Part shown: in pieces, positions 12,225 through 25,439 of the stretch
How positions within the stretch are numbered: the stretch's first letter is position 1
Layout: the number at the start of each line of letters is the position of its first letter
Source of the DNA: Harriotta raleighana
Lineage: Eukaryota
NCBI GenBank assembly: GCA_050575255.1
Contig: JBNZDD010013514.1
Span: forward strand, 647,985 to 711,984
DNA length: 64,000 bases
Direction: 5' to 3'
The notes under the pieces: model-generated
The model's input: only the letters and a program-made list of their open reading frames with translations
Told to the model about the DNA's origin: nothing
The model's database searches: none
Program-made: the position numbers and the translations under genes

Positions 12225-12540
12225 AGTGCTGTGGGATTTTTAATGTCTACCTGCACAGGCAGAAGAAGACGAGATCTTGTTTTATTGTCTATCGGTGCGT
12301 GTTCAGGCGGACGATGGTTAAAGATTCAATGGCACTATTCTAAGACAAACGAGTTCTCCTGAATCCCCGAAATGCAATTAGAAATTCACTCTCTGGCTGC
12401 TTGTGGGAAACTGCTGTACACAAACTGGCTGCCATATCTCACCCTGAAAATACAGTCAAATCACTTTATGGTGTCCTGTGAAGCACTTCGAAATGCCTTG
12501 ACTGCACGATGAGGCACTACATCCAACCCAGGAATTCTTC
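12225..12540. mobile_element. Old SacSINE1/AmnSINE1-like DeuSINE fragments (minus piece 12225-12290, plus piece 12295-12540)
   Basis: AAAGATTCAATGGCACTATT and TGTGGGAAACTGCTGTACACAAACTGGCTGCC resemble the Deu domain. Confidence 0.65.
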
Positions 12541-13330
12541 TTATTTTTAAGAGGTTTAACGTTAGTAAACCTCTGACTATCGTGTCCCCCTTTTGCGTGA
12601 ACGGCACTATTTAAATTCAAGTAGTAGTAGTCGTTGTTGTAGTAATCTGGTAAAAGTAGATTTTCTGAGCTTCAGGATTCTGCCTCCCCACTCACCAGAG
12701 TTAATTTGTGAAGCAGGAGGCTGTGTGACACGGATACTGCTGGAGGGTACGCCACCGTCATAGCAGAATGATGCCAAACTCTCGATAATGAATTCACGTC
12801 ACTAATGTGCTCTTTCCATTTTTACCCAAGGTGTTGCACTTGATCTCTCGCATTTGAATCGGAAACTCATGCTCAGAGGAGAAACAGATATTGTAGGCTG
12901 CATCAACTCCTTCCTGCTTTCTGATACAGTGCAGGGACCTTCTGAATCGATGAAGGCTGTTAATTAATGCACCAAGCTACTCAGAAAGGGGCTTCAAAAC
13001 TAATCACATTTCTTTGGGGGCCACTGAGCAAGTTTCTTGTGCTTATTATTAACTTCTTGTTTGTCTGAGAGATACTGTACCGATTTTTGATCAGCCGCTA
13101 TAGATAAAAGTTTCTTTACCTGCTTAACTGATCAGTGATTCTCTTGATTATACCCCTGGGTTGATCAATCTACAAACAACATGCACTTAAGCCCACTTAA
13201 AAGTCGTTTCCCTCACCACGATTGATTCTGTGCTAACGTCACTGTTAAAAACTTTGGCAAAAAGCAGTCATTACCGTAAGTGCCACTACATTATTTTGGA
13301 CCACCAAAAAGCCGAAAATACATTTACAGT

Positions 13331-15503
13331 ACTTTTTCTCCCACACATAATTTCCTCCTGTAGCCACTTACATCCACCCACGGAGACCATATTAGAAACA
13401 TAGGAGTCCATGAGCTGGACATGGTACTGTATAGAGAAACATAATGGTTCACATTTTCTCCAATGTTTCAGAGCACTAAGTCAAACTTATTGATCGAAGT
13501 AAAGGTCAACTATTAATTCATCAAAATTTCCACCATAAATCAACCTATTTCAATGTCTTGCATTTATAGAAGTAATAGTACAGTACTTACTTCTCTGTAA
13601 ACTACCTTCTCAGCAAAAATGACAAGGAACAACAGTTTTGAGATCAATCAATCAATCTCCATTGGGTCAAACACATTTGAAAAACAAATTATATTCAAGG
13701 ATCATATGGCACAGATCAAATTATCCAGATAGAAATTTCAGTCGACTGCCTTTGAAAGCAGCTTTGTGTCTTAATGAGGTCCTCAGGTGTGTAACGTTTG
13801 ATCACCTAGTGGAAGTCTGCCTTCTCAGAGTTCAATCTCAACAAGTAAATCGTGCTCTTTGCAGGTTGTAGGCCCGCCCATTATAAATCCTACTGAGAAA
13901 AATGAGCCACCAGAATTTTTATAGCTTTTTGGAACTTTATTCTACAAGGATTTTGATTTGAAAGAGTCGAGGGCACAATTTTCACACAATGTACTAATCT
14001 GACACAGGATCATCAGCTTTTCAAGCAGGACAAGCCTACAATTGAACACACAGTGTGATACTTATGCAGACTTTATAATGAAGCAAAAGTTTATGCGTAA
14101 AGTTTTTTTAAAAATTCCATTACATATGGTCAAAATCTGATGACTAAACTTGTAGAATTGCATCTTCTATTGGGTTTCGTTACTGAGTGTTTGCCTCCTC
14201 CCATTTACCTGTTGCCACAATATTGGCTCCGTCCAATATCATTCAAGTCCAGCCAATTGTCTCATCACCACCACAAACAAGTGACTATGAGTCACAAAAC
14301 CAACCCCTGTGAGACTTTAAAGAGTTTGGTTATTTTGTTTACATACAATGGCTGCTTTTAATAATAATAGTACAGTAATAATACTTCCTGTATTTGATAT
14401 AGCACCTATCACGTCTNACTTTTTCTCCCACACATAATTTCCTCCTGTAGCCACTTACATCCACCCACGGAGACCATATTAGAAACATAGGAGTCCATGA
14501 GCTGGACATGGTACTGTATAGAGAAACATAATGGTTCACATTTTCTCCAATGTTTCAGAGCACTAAGTCAAACTTATTGATCGAAGTAAAGGTCAACTAT
14601 TAATTCATCAAAATTTCCACCATAAATCAACCTATTTCAATGTCTTGCATTTATAGAAGTAATAGTACAGTACTTACTTCTCTGTAAACTACCTTCTCAG
14701 CAAAAATGACAAGGAACAACAGTTTTGAGATCAATCAATCAATCTCCATTGGGTCAAACACATTTGAAAAACAAATTATATTCAAGGATCATATGGCACA
14801 GATCAAATTATCCAGATAGAAATTTCAGTCGACTGCCTTTGAAAGCAGCTTTGTGTCTTAATGAGGTCCTCAGGTGTGTAACGTTTGATCACCTAGTGGA
14901 AGTCTGCCTTCTCAGAGTTCAATCTCAACAAGTAAATCGTGCTCTTTGCAGGTTGTAGGCCCGCCCATTATAAATCCTACTGAGAAAAATGAGCCACCAG
15001 AATTTTTATAGCTTTTTGGAACTTTATTCTACAAGGATTTTGATTTGAAAGAGTCGAGGGCACAATTTTCACACAATGTACTAATCTGACACAGGATCAT
15101 CAGCTTTTCAAGCAGGACAAGCCTACAATTGAACACACAGTGTGATACTTATGCAGACTTTATAATGAAGCAAAAGTTTATGCGTAAAGTTTTTTAAAAA
15201 ATTCCATTACATATGGTCAAAATCTGATGACTAAACTTGTAGAATTGCATCTTCTATTGGGTTTCGTTACTGAGTGTTTGCCTCCTCCCATTTACCTGTT
15301 GCCACAATATTGGCTCCGTCCAATATCATTCAAGTCCAGCCAATTGTCTCATCACCACCACAAACAAGTGACTATGAGTCACAAAACCAACCCCTGTGAG
15401 ACTTTAAAGAGTTTGGTTATTTTGTTTACATACAATGGCTGCTTTTAATAATAATAGTACAGTAATAATACTTCCTGTATTTGATATAGCACCTATCACG
15501 TCT
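13331..15503. repeat. 1,086-bp tandem duplication split by a single N (probable assembly artefact)
   Basis: 13331-14416 and 14418-15503 are near-identical, with N at 14417. Confidence 0.95.
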
Positions 15504-15603
15504 TAGACATCTCAAAGCGCTTCACAGAATATACTGTAAAGTGAAATGACTGTATATTTGTGGGCGAAACGCAGCAGCCAATTATGCACAGCAGCGTCCC
15601 ACA
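15447..15603 (-). mobile_element. tRNA-Deu-L2 SINE, 3' part (truncated duplicate at 14360-14416)
   Basis: Tail and Deu core match the family. Confidence 0.88.
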
Positions 15604-18177
15604 TCTAGCTAACAGTAGATTTTAAGATTCACATAAAAACATTGCACCTTCTTAATGCAGCAATAATATAGAACAATCAAGAAACTCACAATTAAAAATT
15701 AGCCATTTCAAAATGGTGAACAGCCTCAATTATAACTAAACTGTAGAAGCCCCCCCAAAAAGTAAGTGCTAAATGATTATTGTAAATTGATGTGAAGGAG
15801 ACCAGATAATTGAAGCTTTAAAGGTGGGAGTTTAGGCAGAAAGGACACATTTCTTTGCATACAATAGACCATTAATAAAGAAGGGAGGTTGTACTTCTTG
15901 TTCTCTCTATTGTATTCTAAATTTCAGGCTTGTAGAAGGAGGGAAGAAACGGTATGCTAATTTTCTAAAGCTTTCAACCATAGCCTTGGACATAATGCTA
16001 ACAGAATGGATAGGAGGAAAACAAGAGAATTGGCCAGGCCATTGCATTACCAATTCATCGAGATATCACACCTTCAATTCTGCTCTAGAAGACACTATCA
16101 TCTTTAAATTAGATATTGGAGGCAATTGCCTACAGTATTCCCATCATCTAGCTGTCAAAAGGAGCTTTGATTGCATTTTTTACTGTAATATCCTGGATAA
16201 AATATTCCTTCCACAAAAATGAGCCAAACCAGAGAACTCAGAACACCAGGAATCAAAACCCAAACATTTATGTTCCAATTGCTCTTAGAAATTGAGTGAA
16301 CAATCCTATTCAAAAAATCACAGTACAAAACATCTCCGAGGCTGGTATAATAAAAGGGATATTATCTCCAAGAAAAAAAACATTAATGTCGGATACAACA
16401 GTATTGTAATGGGAACTATAGATAGCACTGGTATGGAAACAAGGCCTTAAGATCCACAGCAGGACTGTCTTCACATACATAATACTGTTTGTATTTAAAA
16501 CCATTTACTTAAGTACTAAATATTGTATTTAACTCATTTTAATGACCTAATGCGGAATAAGGATCCGTCACTAATCGTATTCCATCCCTAATAGTAACCA
16601 AACTTCTTTGCAACATTCTTGAGATACAAGCCAAATAGCCCCAGCTTTCTTTATCGTATATCCTCCCTTACACAATTCTTTCCACCCACCCACCCACCCA
16701 CCCAAAGTCTAGGAATAGAATGCACTGTAGTAAAATTTAGAAAAGCAGAAATGCATCTCGTCCAATTTAGTTATGAGGTGACAGAGATTCAGGCTAAAGT
16801 CACTGCCAGTTTCTATCACAACAGTCTTAACATCTAAATTAGCACGAGTGTATGTGTGCTTGTGTGTCTTACACGGAAACTAAAAATCTGAGGCTGAAAG
16901 GTCTGAACTTTCCAATGTGTGCAATATCTCTTAATGGCCCAAATCCCAGAGTACCATCATACCTATGGCTACTATTGTGTTAGTAAATGGTAGAGAGCCA
17001 CCGGAGCATCCAATCCAGAGAAACACTCCACAACAATGATAAGCCCTAATGTGAAATCCAAATGATGAGTTTGATATGCAGTATATGGTGTTCAAGGCTC
17101 CACCTGAACATGAGTGGGAAGATCAAGCACAGGCGCTGAACCTTCCTTGGTTAAAGAACCTCCTGAAGTGGTGCTGTAATCAAGATGGTCTGGATTTTTT
17201 TCCCTCTCCCCCCCCCTTGATCCGACCTCAACCATTTCCACCGACTCTCACAGTTTGGATTGAGTACAGATCCACGATTACAGTAATAAAGAGGTAGTAG
17301 ACCTCAAAAGAACAGTGTAACCACCTGGCAGTGACATCAATCACCCCAAGGGACTATAAAATAATCCACAAATATGAAATCGGGCCCCAAGACAACAATA
17401 ACAAATGTAATTAATGAAGGGACAGAGAGGAGGACACAGGGTTGGCTTATTTCCCTATGGCGTATTTCTAATGTGCTGTGTTGTTTGGGGAAGACTGTGT
17501 TGCTCTTGGATCTAGTTCCACTCCCAAGAATAACCAACAACGACATGGGAGCTAATACTTCCTTCCTTTAACAGGGAACACAGTGTGCCTATAAAAGGCA
17601 GAAGAAGACGAGATCTGTACACAAAGCATTGATCCTCCACCGCAAACTCAACACAGCAAAACATCTGAACTAATTAAGGAGTATTCTACACAAATTTCCA
17701 TGCAGATTGAACTTGCTTGACATAAGATACCTGGTTTGACAGGTTATGACTTCTAGTCTCCACTAAATACTTGGTGTTTGATAAGACAAAACATTGCAGT
17801 ACAGATAAACTTTAAAAATTGTAAACTCTTTCAGCTTGATTTCAGAACAATGGATCTCTCTTTTCCTCCCCTCATCGCCCACACCCCCCCCACCCCCTAA
17901 AAGCATGCATGTGAAAAGATTAATAGGTACATGGTATTTTAGATAGTGCTCACTTGGCTATAAGACCAAGATTCTCTTTGGAAATGTTCCAGATTTTCTT
18001 ATGAAGGCTGACTTTATCCCTACTAAGAAAAGCCCGAAGAGAATACATAAAATTTAGGTGTAAAGAAGGATAAACTGGAAGAGGCCACAACAATTTGGCA
18101 AGCCGCCCGATATATTGGCAAACTAACAAAAGATGTGGAGGTGGTCAGGCACGATCCAGGCAAGGTTTGCATCCACA

Positions 18178-18497
18178 GAATCCTGCAGCGTAGTGGTTAG
18201 AGCACTTGCCTCGCAAGCAAGACAACCATTTCTGTCATTCTGCTTCTCCTTAAAAGGGCAGGGTGAAACCCTAGGCAAGTTGCCATCCCTTCGAAAAACA
18301 AATAAATAATAAATATTTGGTCGCCCAATCAATCTACGATTGTTTGTGGGGTCACTGCTGTGTGCAATTGGCTGCTGCATTTCACCCACAAATATACAGT
18401 CAATTCACTTTACAGTGTATTGTGTCAATCGCTGAGATCTCGCAAAGACAAAATATGCGACATCAAACACAACAATTATTATTATCATCATCATCAT
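18178..18497 (+). mobile_element. tRNA-Deu-L2 SINE, near full length
   Basis: AGTGGTTAGAGCAC head, Deu core and ATT/ATC tail. Confidence 0.87.
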
Positions 18498-19261
18498 CCA
18501 TTCAGCCCATTCCTAAAGGGCAGCTTTGAAGTTTTTTCCCCCTCACATATCCAGACAAACCATTATCGTTTATCACCTATAATTACTCACACCGCTTTCA
18601 TTAAATCAAATGAACTAGAGCAGATGGATTCAGTATTGATATGACTGTTAACACACACATAATTTATCAAGCCTCATTGATAGATTCCTAAGTAAAAATT
18701 CGAGCTCTGTCCTTTTTATTCTTTTCCTTCAAATAACCGTAATCTTCTGCCACAATGAAACTTTAGCTTAAACAGAGCAAAATACTATACGCATGCCACA
18801 AATCATTATTATTCACTCATTAGTATTTGTTCCACGTAGATTTAATATGCTCTCATTTGGTTAGTAATCTGGCAAAAACTAGCAAATCACATTGTTACTG
18901 TATTTAATAGGATGAGTAATGACATTTATGCATTCTGATAAGTTTATTTTATACCAATCAAACTCATCCTCTTACGTCCCTTTTATTTCATGTACATTTT
19001 TGCCTCATTTTCCAGAGAACCAGTATTCACATGAAATCCAAGGAATTTTAATGCTATTCACTCAGCAACTTAATAATTCCCATACAATTATGGCTGTCTG
19101 CTTTTGTCTGCTGCGGAATTTGAACAATTTAATTCTGTGACAACATCCCACATGTTAATCAAAGCTTCCAGTGGCTTGGCAAGAAGTGATATTTACAAGA
19201 TGCATATTAGCTTATCCTTGCAATTTTACTGCGATGAAGAGGAACGAGTTGCTATTTTTAA

Positions 19262-19360
19262 TTGTCTGCCGCGTTTCGCCCACAAAATTCAGTAAAAAAA
19301 AAATCACTTTACCTTCTGTGTGAGCGCTTTGAGATGTCAAATGGCAGGATTATTATTATT
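19262..19360 (+). mobile_element. tRNA-Deu-L2 SINE, 3' fragment
   Basis: CTGCCGCGTTTCGCCCACAAA...GCGCTTTGAGATGTC...GGATTATTATT. Confidence 0.75.
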
Positions 19361-22139
19361 TTCATCTCTTGAAGCACACACAAATAAGTGTAAATGTTAA
19401 ATAGCTTAGTTCTCTTGAAGGCCAATTTCTGCTTGGGGGTTTTCCAAGAGAAACGAGCGTTAAGATAGAATGACAGCAAAGTATCACAATTGTACCAGCA
19501 CTCCACCCCCCCCACCACCACCCCCCCATCTCCTCTAACCATTTGCGACTGCTAACACGTGAAACTGGAGAAGGGTTACAGAGAAAGATATGGCAGTGAA
19601 ACCAGAGCAAATTTGAAATCAGCCATCGGGATACATGCAAACAGCTCTGCAGGCTGTTCTTGGTAGCTTTTGCTGTCGGTCACAAATGCAAGCGCTCCCA
19701 AAACTTCTCGGCTGTAAGGGGATATGACTACAGTAAGTTAAGGGGCCTTATGAGAAAGTCAGACGAGAACATTTTCCATGTGACAAGGCGGTGATGGAGC
19801 TATCATCAGGCATGAGCATTGGGATTGTAGAATGCTCCAGTAAAGGCTATATAATCCGAATAAAATAATTATATAATGAAAGCTATATTTTTAATATAAA
19901 AGCTGGCACCAGAAAAGATGCAATTGGCTGAATAGCCATCTCTTCTGCTGTAAAGTTTTCACGATTCTTTCTATGAAGTAACAAACATTAATCATTTGAA
20001 TCTTTTTTTGAATTCAATCTACCTATAACTTTGTACAGAGGGTTCAATTGGAATAGATCAGAGTAATACCTTACTGCAACTGCTAAACAGCTCAACCAAG
20101 ACAGCAAGTGGCTAAAATGTATACAGCAAAATTAAAAACTTTATTTTTGTGATTACATTGAAATGATATGGAAAAATTATTAAATGGTCAATTTCGGAAT
20201 AAATCTTCTGAAAATAGCCTCGGAGTCCAAATAAATGCACATGGTGACAGGGGGCCAAGACTGTCAACTAAAATTTTGTTGTGATTAACAACTGCACACT
20301 ATCCTTCGCAACACGCGCCCAATTTCTCTTTTTCAAAGACAACAGATGAAGTTTAAACCCTTTTAGCAATGGTTCACAATCACTTCAAGCTCTGCATGAA
20401 TCAAGTTGACAAAAGGGTCACAAATACTCTGGGAAATTTTGTATTTATTTACAACTTGGCTAAGCTGGTTGATGGCAAAGCCAACAAGACAATAAATTGA
20501 TTGGAGGTGGGCGGTGGATAGCACTGTCTCTGTGTTGCAAAGCACATTGATGAATATTGCACTTGGCTTCTTGGCTGAAATACTTGGCTTCAAACCAATA
20601 AGGAAACTTTCTCATCTGCTTAATGCAGTCAATGTGAAAACTAGATTGCTGCCTAGGAACAAATATCATATTTCAACTTTGAATGAAGTGCTCCATAAGT
20701 TCTATTCATTAGGGAGACAGTACAGTTTAAAATATTTAGATCTCTTACCAGTTGAGAAAAACTTGAAAAGTACTGCAAACTGAATCGTCGGCTGACTGAT
20801 TTAAACTGTTGGAAGCTGTACCATTATTTCCATGGTTTTTTCCCCAAGCTAAATTCTAAACTCTTTCACAGTTCCCAGTGAAAGCTACAAAGGCAAATGC
20901 TCCACCACTCGCCTCCTCGTTGTGGCAGCAATATGAAACCTGAGAAGGTTTGCAAGCAAACCAAGTATGTAAATCAACAGCAAGCCGGATACTGGTACCC
21001 TATCACCTGATCGTTTCTCTAATGAAATCACACTGAAATGTAATCGGGAAATATAGATATGCCGGTCATTTATTGTAGTTCCACAGGGCAAATTTAGCAT
21101 TTCTTCCCCCCATCCCCCCTCTCTAAATTGCCATATAAATAGACAAGAAAGATTATTATCCAATCCTGGAAAAATGCTGCAAAAGATTGTACAGGAAATA
21201 TGCTAAGCGGATGAGCAGAACGACAGACACTTTAACTACCGCTCCATGTGGGAAGTTTGTGCAAGTCCTTAACTTCCACTTTCTGTTAACATTCTACCAC
21301 TACTTGCTGTAACCACATTTGTGAACTAAGACACTCTGCCACAAGCAGATTAATCACAATATTAGTGGACCAAAATACATACAAAAAGCACACTGCAGAA
21401 ATGTTAGAAATTAATCTATTTTATAACGGTCAGTGACCTTCAGAGAAAAAAAAACCTCTAGATATTTAGCTAACCTATTAGCTAATTTAGAATACTATTC
21501 AGAAGGCTGAACAGGGAGTAAACACAATGGTCAGGGAAGCATCTAATTCTTATGTCAAGATTCAAACTAAATCAGAATTTAAATATCATACAATCTCTGT
21601 GTTTCACAGCCTCAATGTAAAGATATAAACCAAGTTTGATCTCATGAATATGAAGTGTATGTGTGTATATACACATACATATACACACATAGCTCGCTTC
21701 CAGAACAAGAGTATGACTATTTGAGAATTGCATAATTACCTGTTTAAATCAACCTGTATATCTGTTTTTAAACGCAGCAGCATACATTTAAAAAAACTAC
21801 TTAGAAACTTATTTGCCTTTATATCTTTCATAATAAAGGTAAAACAGGAAAGTCCACAGTAATCTAAGACAGTTTTGGAAGCATGAAGACATCTTCAACA
21901 CTGAAAACCAAATGGTACAGCATAGGATAGTCCTAGATGGAAAGTACTGTGAGGCGGGGTTACATATATCAATTGGGTTAATAAAAACATGGGAATTGGG
22001 TTAATAAAATAAGATAATTGTGAATTTAATTTCATTTTAGAAGCTGGTTACAGAGTATAACTGACTGTGGCCAGGTCCTGCTTATCTGCTAGTTCTTTTG
22101 GCTGGTCAGTGCTCAATGGAAGATAATAAAGATTAGGGA

Positions 22140-22240
22140 ATAAGAACATAAGAAATGCTAGACGACAAAAGACATCTAGTTCACATCTAGATATCTAATC
22201 CACTTCTGGACATCTAGGTCCATCTAGTTCACCTTCCACC
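22140..22240 (-). mobile_element. CR1-like 3' tail with local CATCTAG repeats
   Basis: TAAGAACATAAGAAA terminus followed by repeated CATCTAG. Confidence 0.5.
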
Positions 22241-23129
22241 TTCCTTCTGCTGATGGAATAATTAAATGCTTCCCCACCTGTACACAAGTCTGAATGAAAC
22301 TGTGCGGCTGCCAGAGATAAGACTTTTAACAAAGCCTTCTTCACAAATCTAACTGTTCTTTAGGCATTTGACAAATAAAGTTACGCAACTGTAAAACTAC
22401 TCATCTCAGGTAAACTCTGTTACTGTAACATCAAGCTTATGCAAAGAAAACTGAAGACTCCCGAGCATAAGGAGTAATTACCACCTGGAATAGAAGCCAG
22501 CCGCAGCAGAGAAGCCAAAATGAAAATGATTAGGCAGGGAGCAGACTGATATACAGTAATAAGGCAGGGGCACAGCTGCTATGGTCAAGTGAAGAAAGCT
22601 GCCAAACGTCAAGAACCGAGCTAAAAAATAATTATCTTCAGAAGGCCCACCAGCATCAAAACATTGGTGACCATCTTCAGCTGAGTGACTTGCAATCATC
22701 AACGGTCATTTCCAGAAATCTTTTTTAATGCCTTATCTGTAAACCAAACTGGGCTGTTAACATTCAGCATGCTGAGGCACGATTCTAATCAGTGAAAAAA
22801 AATCACCTGAAATTGAGGAGGGGCTGGGCATCTCAGGCAATAGAAAGATCACGGCAGTAACGGCAAAAATAAATGCCAGGAACAATGTGGTCCTTTCCAC
22901 CTCCAAGTTGTATTCTAGCTGCTCTTTTAAGCAATTTCAAGAAGACTTTGGTAAATACAGTACAGATAAATACAAACATCTGTAACAAGATAAAATATCA
23001 CATCATGGAACACTCTTACAGCCTTCACACTGTGAGTTACATTTTCCTATCTGGCAGACCACCACGTCATCTGATCTGCAATAGCAACACCTGATACACA
23101 TCAATGAGCTGATTTACATTCTTAGGACG

Positions 23130-23270
23130 AATTGGGATAAGGGATGAATATTGGTCAATACTCCAGCAGGATTCGCTGCCCTACTTTACTTCACTTGTGC
23201 CTTACTGTCCACCTCAATCATAGAACGGACCGAGGGGGGAGGGCTTTAGCTTTAACATCTTGCCCGCTGT
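23130..23270 (-). mobile_element. Old SacSINE1-like fragment
   Basis: AGGGATGAATATTGGTCA...GTCCACCT...TTTAACATCT resembles the reverse of the Deu 5' region. Confidence 0.5.
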
Positions 23271-24054
23271 TTGCTCCTGGGAATGCTGATATGAAATAGC
23301 CAACTAATTTATTTTGATGCTCATTTGAAATCTGCTAAAAGGAGCAAGTGTTTAAATTGCTCCAAGGTTAGCCAGAGCAGAAACTGGCGAGATAGTGACT
23401 GACATGTTAATTGACCACTGCAGCAAATTTGTTGATGCTGTCTCCCACTCACTCCCTTTCCCCCACCTGATCTCGTTCACTCTTAACCTTGGCGTTTCTA
23501 TGGTATTTGAGTTTCACTCCTTCAAGGTTCTTTTTTTAAAAAAAAATTCCTCATGAGCTGATTTCTCAGAATTTGGTAAAAAATTAGGGATCTTACAAAA
23601 TAAAGGAAGTGGGGGGGTGGAGAGGGGGGGGGGGGCGGGAGAGGGGGGTCAATGCAGCCGCCACAAGGGCCTCTCTGAGCCACACACAATAAGATGATCT
23701 TAATCATAGCAACAGTCGGGTTGATAAAATTGCCACGGAAACCGCTGGGTTTGACAAGAGAAACATTAGCAGAATCTAGTCATTCCAATCAAACATAAAA
23801 AATGTGGCTATCAGGGCAGATTAGAATCAAGGCTAGCCCTCACCAGTGTACACTCTGGAGACACTCACAGTCTAGTCTCACACGTGAAGACCGAGTCATT
23901 TAGACAAACTACCAGAAAATAAAAGCCAGTCAAGCTCTACCGCAACACAGTTCAATGCTTTCAGGAAAAGGGGCATATTTCAATTATTTTGACCAACGCG
24001 CAGGAATTCAAAACAGTCCAAGATGTAATGGTAAGGAAAAATGAACTGACATTT

Positions 24055-24137
24055 TTTAAAATTACTTTACAGTGAAGTGCTTTGTGATGTCTAGAAGACG
24101 TGAAAAGCTCTACATCAAATGCAAGGGTTATTATTAT
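24055..24137 (+). mobile_element. tRNA-Deu-L2 SINE 3' tail
   Basis: GTGAAGTGCTTTG...GTGAAAAGCTCTACATCAAATGCAAGG-ATT tail. Confidence 0.8.
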
Positions 24138-24194
24138 ATTGAAACATCTCAAATACAATAGTTAATAGCAACACTTTATGTAGAAAAACACAAA

Positions 24195-24520
24195 CTAACC
24201 AGCAAGATCCCACAAACATTTATCATTGGCCAAGCAAGGAATACTCACTCCCTTCCCTTTCCAAATAGGGTCAAACAATATTTAGCGTCCACTTGGCAGC
24301 TCATTAACACCCAGGGAGACAGGTCTTCATTTTGCTGAGGAGCGTTATATAAATGCAAGTTATGTTATTCCTTGAGCCTTGTCTAAAGGACACCCACATC
24401 TGACAATTTAGCACTCCCCAGAACTGCACTGAAATGTCAGCCTATTAGCTCCAAGTGTTGTGGGCTTGAAACCACAATCTCTGACTCAGATGAAAGTGCG
24501 ACCGAATGAGTCAGGCTGAC
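24195..24520 (-). mobile_element. Old SacSINE1/AmnSINE1-like DeuSINE
   Basis: Runs from CAGCAAGATCCCACAAACA through GCACTCCCCAGAACTGCACTG to CTGACTCAGA...GGCTGAC (tRNA head). Confidence 0.72.
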
Positions 24521-25439
24521 AGGTAGTTGTGTAAGTGCTGGATCACAGAATACAACAAAGAACTGCAATAGCAGGGAAGATGCAGTAAAGTGGGTCACTT
24601 ATAATACTGGCCGGGTTTAATAGGAGGGAGAAGTTGCCTAGAGGCTTAGTAGCAGCTGATACTGGAGGAAATCCTGGATTATCAATTAGTGCAAGGAATA
24701 CAGTGAAGGATATCCAGGTTAACAATAGCAGTAAAATTAAGAGGTGACAGTAGATGTGTGCAGATACAAAGATAATTAAAACTCAATACAGCTTAAACTA
24801 TGTGCACTGACTACTAGCTACCTCACTTGCCCCTTCTGAACTGAAATGTATACTCACTCATGTACTAATTACAAACATTAATGAGTCAAGGCAAATGTTC
24901 TGTGGTGTCAGACAGTATATTTCTCAAATTCTACTGAACATTCCTCAGGATTCACACACCAGCGTAAGTTCAATGATTTTAGAAGCCAGAAAAAAATTCT
25001 ACATTTAAAGAGTCAAATGTAGTTTCCTCTTACCTCGCTGAGCAAAGGTATTTGTGCCAACAACATCATGCCTCAGGTTAAATTCATAACAAATTTCAAT
25101 CCAACACTGAGCTAACAATCTTTCCTTTTCTAATTATTCTGAAATCTCAAATGTACTGCAAGAAATTTTTTAAATGCTTTAACGTTTTTCATGCCAGTGG
25201 TTTTCAGCAAGAGCAACAGCCCCCGACGCCTCTATTTAACAATTTGGTAGAGATTACTTAGCTCCTGCTGAAATCATACCTTAAAAACACTAATACACAT
25301 TAATTTAATTTCACAATGCAATCGATGCTGCCAGCTTGGGAATTGAAGAGTTACCTCTAGAACATGGGAACAATCCATTCATCAATACACAGGCATCTGG
25401 AAACCCCTGACAGCTACGTTATGTAATCAACAATTAAGC

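Noticed and set aside
13638-15448. Apparent duplicated gene pair (identical 77-aa and 73-aa ORFs)
   Set aside because: These are by-products of the N-joined duplication, with no coding features.
17060-17140. C/D box snoRNA-like arrangement (ATGATGA...CTGA)
   Set aside because: It is antisense to the host gene, has no terminal stem and has no recognisable rRNA guide.
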